A stretch of DNA of 64,000 bases from an uncultured Thermotogaceae bacterium (GTDB taxonomy: Bacteria; Thermotogota; Thermotogae; MWEM01), in contig CAZRYM010000002.1 of assembly GCA_964604305.1 (NCBI GenBank), positions 15,639 through 79,638 on the forward strand. The letters are read 5' to 3'. Position 1 is the first letter of the stretch. The number at the start of each line of letters is the position of its first letter. Below the pieces are notes generated by a model. That model was not told where the DNA came from, made no database searches, and saw only the letters and a list, made by a program, of their open reading frames with translations. Made by a program: the position numbers and the translations under genes. Below, piece after piece: positions 57,860-64,000 of the stretch.

Positions 57860-59659
57860 TTGCCGGTTGCAACTAATACGATATTAATGTGCGCTGGCGG
57901 AGGATGTATTTCCTCCGGAGAAGAAAGTTGTTTACAAGCACTGCAAAAAGCAGTTGAGAAGTATTCGCTCCACGATGTGGTTAAGGTTGTTGAAACAGGG
58001 TGCATGGGAATGTGTGATGCGGGTCCTTTGATGGTTATCTACCCTGAAGGGGTATATTATCAAAAATTAACACCTGAGGATGTCGAAAAAATCATTTCCG
58101 AACACATTTTGAAGGGTAGAATTGTTGAGGATAAGTTGCTGGACAATCCCGTTTCGAGCTTAAAAACGCATAATCCTTATGATGATCATCCCTTCTTCAC
58201 AAGACAGGTAAAGATTGCCACCAGAAATATGGGGATTGTAGACCCGATGAAAATAGAAGAGTATATTGCCCACGATGGTTATTTTGCACTTCAGAAAGCC
58301 TTGTCCATGAAACCCGAAGAGATCATAGCAGAACTTAAAGAAAGCGGTCTTAGAGGTAGAGGTGGGGCCGGTTTTCCCACATGGTTAAAATGGGAACTGA
58401 CGAGAAAGGTTCCCGGTGATGAAAAATACGTGTTGTGCAATGCTGATGAAGGAGATCCTGGTGCGTTTATGGATCGATCCATACTGGAAGGGGATCCTCA
58501 TTCTTTGCTGGAGGCAATGGTCATAGCCGGTTATGCCATTGGAGCAAACAAAGGATATATCTATATCAGAGCCGAATATCCCCTTGCCATTGAGAGGTTA
58601 AATGAAGGAATCAAACAGGCAAAAGAACTGGGGTTGTTTGGCGAAAACATCATGGGATCAAATTTCTCTTTTGATGTTGAGATCAGAATGGGTGCCGGTG
58701 CATTTGTATGTGGTGAAGAAACTGCTTTAATTGAGTCAATAGAAGGAAAACGGGGACAGCCAAGGGTTAAGCCGCCCTTCCCCGCTCAAGTTGGAGTATG
58801 GGGTAAGCCAACCCTTAATAACAACGTAGAAACTTACGCAAACATTCCGCCAATATTGACAAAGGGAGCCAAATGGTTTTCCAGTATCGGAACTGAAACA
58901 AGCAAGGGAACAAAGGTTTTTTGCCTTGCGGGAAAAGTTAAGAATACCGGTTTAGTTGAAGTTCCAATGGGAATTACATTAAGAGAAGTTGTGTATGATA
59001 TCGGAGGCGGTATTCCAGACGGTAAAGCTTTTAAAGCTGTTCAAACCGGGGGTCCCAGCGGTGGATGTATTCCGAAAGAACACCTGGATACTCCAATCGA
59101 CTATGAAACGTTGAAAGAACTGGGAACTATGATGGGATCCGGCGGTATGATATTTATGGATGAGGATACATGTATGGTGGATGTGGCAAAGTATTTCCTT
59201 GATTTTTCTGTTGAAGAATCTTGCGGAAAATGTCTACCCTGTCGCGAAGGCAATAGAGTCATGCTTGATATGCTGGAGAAAATAACCAGTGGCGAAGGTG
59301 AAGAAGGGGACATTGAAAAACTTGAAGTATTAGGTAAAAATATTATGGACACATCTCTTTGCGGTCTTGGACAATCATCTCCCCAACCCGTCATATCAAC
59401 AATCAGATACTTTAGAGATGAATACGAAGCCCATATAAAAGAGAAAAGATGTCCTGCTAAAGTTTGCAAGCCTTTGATAAGATACCTAATTGATCCGGAA
59501 AAATGTGTTGGGTGTACGGCCTGTGCAAGAGTTTGTCCAGTGTCTGCCATAAGCGGAGAGGTAAAAAAGGTTCATGAAATAGATAGCGAGATTTGCACCA
59601 GATGTGGCAGCTGTATACAAGTTTGCCGATTTGGAGCGATAAGCATTGTTTCACCGTAA
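57860..59659 (+). CDS. NuoF/HndC-like NAD(P)H-binding flavoprotein subunit (copy 1, complete)
   Basis: N-terminal CAGGGC...GCMGMC thioredoxin-like 2Fe-2S; GRGGAGFPTWLKW FMN/NADH site; ESCGKCLPCREG N3 cluster; C-terminal 2x CxxCxxCxxxCP. Confidence 0.85.
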   Translation: MPVATNTILMCAGGGCISSGEESCLQALQKAVEKYSLHDVVKVVETGCMGMCDAGPLMVIYPEGVYYQKLTPEDVEKIISEHILKGRIVEDKLLDNPVSSLKTHNPYDDHPFFTRQVKIATRNMGIVDPMKIEEYIAHDGYFALQKALSMKPEEIIAELKESGLRGRGGAGFPTWLKWELTRKVPGDEKYVLCNADEGDPGAFMDRSILEGDPHSLLEAMVIAGYAIGANKGYIYIRAEYPLAIERLNEGIKQAKELGLFGENIMGSNFSFDVEIRMGAGAFVCGEETALIESIEGKRGQPRVKPPFPAQVGVWGKPTLNNNVETYANIPPILTKGAKWFSSIGTETSKGTKVFCLAGKVKNTGLVEVPMGITLREVVYDIGGGIPDGKAFKAVQTGGPSGGCIPKEHLDTPIDYETLKELGTMMGSGGMIFMDEDTCMVDVAKYFLDFSVEESCGKCLPCREGNRVMLDMLEKITSGEGEEGDIEKLEVLGKNIMDTSLCGLGQSSPQPVISTIRYFRDEYEAHIKEKRCPAKVCKPLIRYLIDPEKCVGCTACARVCPVSAISGEVKKVHEIDSEICTRCGSCIQVCRFGAISIVSP

Positions 59660-59734
59660 GAACAATAATCAGGCTGATTCTTTCTTGTTGGATCAGCCTT
59701 TTGGTTTTTACACCGTAATCAATTAACAGGGGGT

Positions 59735-60238
59735 GTGATAGTGGTTTCAGATAAAGAAATGCAAGTTGTTGAAACTATAGTAAATGGTGTTGTAACAGAC
59801 GATAGTCTGGCAGAGGGTGATGTGTTAATCAACTGTCTGCATGAAATACAGAATCATTTTCACAATTTTGTTCCACCTGAAGCGGCTGAAAAAGTTGCTC
59901 AGATATTGAAGGTTCCCGAATCTTCAGTCTACGAGGTTTTAACCTTTTACACCATGTTTTCTGTTGAGAAAAGGGGAAAGTATGTGATTAGGGTTTGTAA
60001 CAGTTTACCCTGCCACGTGACTGGAGGAAAGGAAATCATTTCAACTTTAAAAAAAGAGTTGGGTTGTGATTTTTATGAAACAACCAAAGATGGTTTATTT
60101 ACTCTTGAAAAGACAGGTTGTCTTGGTTTGTGCGGAGTCTCTCCGGTAATTATGATAAATGAAGAGTTTTACGGAAATTTGACGAATGACAGGGTTTTGG
60201 AGATTATTAACAAAATTCGTGAAGAGGAGCGTGGATGA
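59735..60238 (+). CDS. NuoE/HndA-like [2Fe-2S] subunit (copy 2)
   Basis: RVCNSLPCH...GCLGLCG four-Cys pattern; 167 aa. Confidence 0.8.
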   Translation: MIVVSDKEMQVVETIVNGVVTDDSLAEGDVLINCLHEIQNHFHNFVPPEAAEKVAQILKVPESSVYEVLTFYTMFSVEKRGKYVIRVCNSLPCHVTGGKEIISTLKKELGCDFYETTKDGLFTLEKTGCLGLCGVSPVIMINEEFYGNLTNDRVLEIINKIREEERG

Positions 60239-61866
60239 AAATGAAGATACAGACGGTTTTAGTTTCCGTAGATTCAAGCAGCGCACTTCGCGGAGCGAGG
60301 CAGTTTAAAAAGCAAATTGAAGAGAGCGTCAAAAAATATCAATTATCGGATATGGTTGAAGTACTTGAAACAGGGAGTCTTGGAGTATACAAAGATGGTG
60401 TCATCGTAGCAGTTTATCCTGAGGAGGTCTTTTATGAAATAAATACCTCTGAAGATGTGGAAACCTTAGTGACTGAACACTTTCTCAAAGGCAGAATTGT
60501 AAAAGATTTGATGGTCGAAAGATCAGTCATCAAGCATGATGTAAAAGAGAGTGGAAAACTTAATCGTGAAGAAAGAATCGTGTTAAAAAATATTGGTATC
60601 ATTGATCCCCGTGAGATTGAAGAATATATTGCACGTGACGGATATCTGGCATTAGCAAAAGTTCTCAATGAAATGAACCCCGAAATCGTAATTGATGTGG
60701 TTAAAAAAAGTAACCTAAGGGGACGCGGTGGGGCAGGCTTTCCCACAGGAATGAAATGGGAATTTACCGCAAAAGTCGATAACCCAGAGAAATATGTCAT
60801 CTGTAATGCCGATGAAGGGGAACCTGGTACATTCAAAGACAGATTGATTATGGAAGGTGATCCTCATTCTGTTGTAGAAGCAATGACAATAGCTGGATAT
60901 GCTGTGGGTGCAAATAAAGGTTATATCTATATACGAGGAGAATATTACGGGTCAATCGATAATATCAGAAAAGCCATAAAAGATGCATATGATTTTGGTT
61001 TATTGGGTGAGGACATTTTGGGGAGCGGGTTCAGTTTCGATCTCTCAGTCAGACTTGGAGCAGGAGCTTATATTTGCGGAGAAGAAACCGCCTTGATAGA
61101 ATCCATCGAAGGCAGACCCGGAAGACCTAGATTGAAGCCTCCATATCCTCCTGTAGAAGGATTATACGGTAAACCAACAGTAGTCAATAACGTTGAAACC
61201 TTTGGAAATATTCCATGGATAATCAATAACGGACCAGATGCTTTTAAAGCAATAGGTACTGAAGGTTCTGCAGGAACAAAGGTATTTACCCTGGTTGGTA
61301 ATATTATCAATCGTGGACTGGTTGAAGTACCCATGGGGACCACCATTTTTGACTTGATATATAAGTACGGGGGTGGTATTCCCGAAGGTAAGAAATTAAA
61401 GATTGTTCAAACAGGCGGAACAGCTGGTACCTTTATGAATACCGAAAAATTAGAAATTGGTTTAGATTATGATTCGGGCAAAAACGGAGCTTCTTTGGGC
61501 TCAGGTGTTATTCTTTGTATGGATGAGGAGAGTTGCCCTGTGGACTGTGCCAAAACAGTCATGGAATTTTTTGCTCATGAATCATGTGGAAAATGTACTC
61601 CATGCAGGGAAGGAACAAGGGTATCGGTGAAGTTACTGGAAAAGATCTCCAAGGGACAGGGAAGAGATGAGGAAATTGAACAACTGTTGATGATATCAGA
61701 TGCCATGGAAGAGACTTCTTTCTGTGGACTTGGACAATCTGCAGCGATACCTCTGAGAACCATAGTCGAATCCTTTAAACAAGAGTTTAAAGACCATGTT
61801 CTAAAAAAGCCTTGTGATTCATGTACTTATGAAGAACCAAAAAAGAAAAAGAGGGCAAAAAGATAA
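60235..61866 (+). CDS. NuoF-like flavoprotein (copy 2) lacking the N-terminal Cys ligands and the C-terminal 2x[4Fe-4S] domain
   Basis: GRGGAGFPTGMKWEF and ESCGKCTPCREG retained; the N-terminal domain has SVDSSS / GSLGVY in place of CAGGGC / GCMGMC; ends with a Lys-rich tail instead of the ferredoxin domain. Confidence 0.8.
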   Translation: MKMKIQTVLVSVDSSSALRGARQFKKQIEESVKKYQLSDMVEVLETGSLGVYKDGVIVAVYPEEVFYEINTSEDVETLVTEHFLKGRIVKDLMVERSVIKHDVKESGKLNREERIVLKNIGIIDPREIEEYIARDGYLALAKVLNEMNPEIVIDVVKKSNLRGRGGAGFPTGMKWEFTAKVDNPEKYVICNADEGEPGTFKDRLIMEGDPHSVVEAMTIAGYAVGANKGYIYIRGEYYGSIDNIRKAIKDAYDFGLLGEDILGSGFSFDLSVRLGAGAYICGEETALIESIEGRPGRPRLKPPYPPVEGLYGKPTVVNNVETFGNIPWIINNGPDAFKAIGTEGSAGTKVFTLVGNIINRGLVEVPMGTTIFDLIYKYGGGIPEGKKLKIVQTGGTAGTFMNTEKLEIGLDYDSGKNGASLGSGVILCMDEESCPVDCAKTVMEFFAHESCGKCTPCREGTRVSVKLLEKISKGQGRDEEIEQLLMISDAMEETSFCGLGQSAAIPLRTIVESFKQEFKDHVLKKPCDSCTYEEPKKKKRAKR

Positions 61867-61925
61867 ATTATTATCGGAATATTAACGTTTCAATGTTAAA
61901 TAATGGTAAATTTTTTGATAATAAG

Positions 61926-61965
61926 GCGGGTACTGTTGACAATGTACCCGCTTTAGTAGTAAAAT
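61926..61965 (+). promoter_or_regulatory. Candidate rpsL (str operon) promoter TTGACA-18-TAAAAT, with the -35 embedded in the loop of a perfect 8-bp hairpin (GCGGGTAC...GTACCCGC)
   Basis: TTGACA 61936-61941; TAAAAT 61960-61965; hairpin arms 61926-61933 and 61944-61951; the hairpin plus TTT may also act as a weak terminator for the upstream operon. Confidence 0.45.
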
Positions 61966-62011
61966 ACGCCTGGTTAATTTCAAAATCAAGGAAGGAGGTA
62001 TTTTCTAATAG

Positions 62012-62383
62012 ATGCCGACAATCAATCAGTTAGTCAGAAAAAGCAGGAAGATTATTAAAGACAAATCAAAAGCACCTGCATTACAAAAGAATCCTCAAAA
62101 AAGAGGTGTTTGTGTCAGGGTAACGACGATGACGCCCAGAAAGCCAAATTCAGCACTTAGAAAAATTGCTAGAGTCAGGCTTGCAAACGGAATGGAAGTT
62201 TCCGCATATATTCCAGGTGAAGGACACAACTTACAGGAACATTCTGTTGTAATGGTACGAGGTGGAAGAGTCAAAGATCTGGCAGGTATACGTTACAGAA
62301 TTATTAGAGGAGCACTTGACACTGCGGGTGTTGAAGATAGAAAACAAGCTCGTTCCAAATACGGGACAAAGGCTCCTAAATAA
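62012..62383 (+). CDS. rpsL: 30S ribosomal protein S12
   Basis: [10 protein letters not shown]...PNSALRK...[13 protein letters not shown]-like; unmistakable S12. Confidence 0.95.
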   Translation: MPTINQLVRKSRKIIKDKSKAPALQKNPQKRGVCVRVTTMTPRKPNSALRKIARVRLANGMEVSAYIPGEGHNLQEHSVVMVRGGRVKDLAGIRYRIIRGALDTAGVEDRKQARSKYGTKAPK

Positions 62384-62412
62384 GTTAGGTTATGCAGGAG
62401 GGAAATTTATAA

Positions 62413-62880
62413 ATGAGAAGAAGAAGAGCAGAGAAGAGAAAAATCGAACCGGATCCCGTATATAACGATTTGTTGGTTTCAAGATTGATCAACAAGTTGA
62501 TGTATCACGGTAAAAAATCCAAATCTCAAAAAATCGTTTATGGCGCTTTTGAGATAGTCAGGGAAAAAACCGGAAAAGATCCACTTGAGATGTTTAAACA
62601 GGCAATGGATAACATAAAACCAGATGTTGAAGTCAAGCCAAGACGTGTTGGAGGTTCAACCTATCAGGTGCCTGTTGAAGTTGCAGAACCAAGAAAAACT
62701 TCCTTAGGATTAAGATGGCTTTTAGCTGCAGTAAGGTCAAAAAGGGGTAGACCCATGAAATTCAGACTGTCTGACGAGATTATGTCAGCACTTGAAAGTA
62801 CGGGTTCTGCTGTAAAGAAAAAAGAAGATACACACAGGATGGCTGAAGCGAACAGAGCATTTGCTCATTTCAAATGGTAA
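62413..62880 (+). CDS. rpsG: 30S ribosomal protein S7
   Basis: [10 protein letters not shown]...; S7 family; RBS AGGAGGG. Confidence 0.9.
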   Translation: MRRRRAEKRKIEPDPVYNDLLVSRLINKLMYHGKKSKSQKIVYGAFEIVREKTGKDPLEMFKQAMDNIKPDVEVKPRRVGGSTYQVPVEVAEPRKTSLGLRWLLAAVRSKRGRPMKFRLSDEIMSALESTGSAVKKKEDTHRMAEANRAFAHFKW

Positions 62881-62916
62881 AGAATTATTAATATGATGGA
62901 GGAACAATAGTGTCTT

Positions 62917-64000
62917 ATAAAGAAATTCCTCTCGAAAGAGTCAGAAATATTGGAATTATGGCTCATATTGATGCGGGTAAAACAACAACAACAGAAAGAA
63001 TCCTATTTTATACAGGGCGTAAACATAAACTGGGTAGTGTTGATGACGGAACTGCTACGATGGACTGGATGGAACAGGAAAAAGAACGGGGTATTACCAT
63101 CACCTCCGCTGCAACTACTGCTCTCTGGAAAAATCATAGAATCAATATAATTGATACACCCGGGCACGTTGACTTTACAGTTGAAGTTGAAAGGTCTTTG
63201 AGGGTATTGGACAGCGCGATAGCCGTATTTGATGTTTGTGCCGGTGTAGAACCCCAATCAGAGACAGTTTGGAGACAAGCCGATAAATATAAAGTACCCA
63301 GGATTGCCTTTATGAATAAAATGGATAAACTTGGCGCGGATTTTGATATGTCTGTGAAAAGTATGATAAAAAAACTTGGTGCAAATCCGCTACCGATACA
63401 GCTTCCTGTGGGAGCCGAAGAGACATTTAAAGGTGTTGTTGATCTCGTTCAGATGAAAACACTACTCTGGGAAGAAACTGAAGGAGCTACTTTTATCACA
63501 AATGAGATTCCGGATGAACTTCTGGAGAAGGCGCAGGCAATGCATGAAGACTTAGTTGCAAAGATGTCTTCTTTTGACGAATCAATTATGGAACATTATC
63601 TTGAGGGTGAAGAAGTACCTGTTGATAAGCTGAAGAGCGCGATTAGAAAGGCTACTGTATCTGGTGAATTTGTACCTGTTTTATGTGGAACGGCATTCAG
63701 AAACAAGGCCATACAACCACTTATCGATGCGATTGTTGATTTCCTCCCTTCACCTCTCGATGTACCCCCGATTGAGGCAATTGTTCAAGGTTCAGAAAAG
63801 ACATTGCAGTTAAAGGCAGATCCGGAAGGACCTTTTGCAGCCCTTGCTTTTAAAGTTGCTTCTGATCCATTTGTAGGTAGATTAACCTATTTCCGAGTCT
63901 ATTCAGGAACCTTAAAGAAGGGGAATTATGTTCTCAATATCAACAAAGGGAAAAAGGAACGATTAAGCAGATTAATCTACATGCATTCAGACAAACGAGA
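62917..64000 (+). CDS. fusA: Elongation factor G, N-terminal part; 3' end lies outside the window
   Basis: GTG start after GGAGGA; [19 protein letters not shown]...DTPGHVDF are G-domain motifs G1-G3; the frame is open to the window end. Confidence 0.9.

Noticed and set aside
62262-62465. 67-aa ORF spanning the rpsL-rpsG junction
   Set aside because: Out-of-frame overlap of two unmistakable ribosomal protein genes; spurious.
62950-63257. ORFs of 66 aa (+) and 84 aa (-)
   Set aside because: Both fall inside the fusA coding region in other frames.

Overview
This is a 64 kb chromosomal segment of an AT-rich (about 35-38% GC) anaerobe. Gene order at both ends (ffh-rpsP-KH-rimM-trmD-SPOUT-rplS-lepB-rbgA, and rpsL-rpsG-fusA) together with the PolC, PPi-PFK, LDH and NuoEF-like content looks Thermotogae- or Firmicutes-like; the organism cannot be named from the sequence. 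I called about 55 protein genes, all from the six-frame ORFs by motif recognition. They cover ribosome and tRNA maturation, a HAD-hyuA-hyuB operon, LDH, a MerR-methyltransferase fusion, a GH3 hexosaminidase, an XRE/S24 LexA-like repressor divergent from a PAS-rich hybrid histidine kinase with Hpt, PPi-PFK, LpdA, rbfA-truB-ribF, lysine 2,3-aminomutase, and two tandem MCP genes. They also cover a nucleoside hydrolase/phosphorylase plus BMP-type ABC uptake operon, a COG1900(DUF39)-like gene coupled to aspartokinase, a Ski2/Hel308-like helicase, an orphan OmpR regulator, wecB, dus, ruvC, polC, mgsA and two tandem NuoE/NuoF-like flavoprotein modules. I found no tRNA or rRNA genes, CRISPR arrays or transposases. 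The most notable signals are: (1) a 773-bp block that is 100% identical between the two MCP genes and is GC-rich (about 50%) against an AT-rich background; (2) a sigma70 promoter followed about 35 nt later by an intrinsic terminator, giving a candidate 55-nt C-rich RNA upstream of the hybrid kinase; (3) a second NuoF paralog that has lost both its N-terminal 2Fe-2S cysteines and its C-terminal ferredoxin domain; (4) a methanogen-type homocysteine-biosynthesis-like gene fused into an operon with aspartokinase; (5) several repeat and hairpin elements in intergenic regions. All coordinates are from manual counting. Functional calls rest on recognised motifs, not on database searches.
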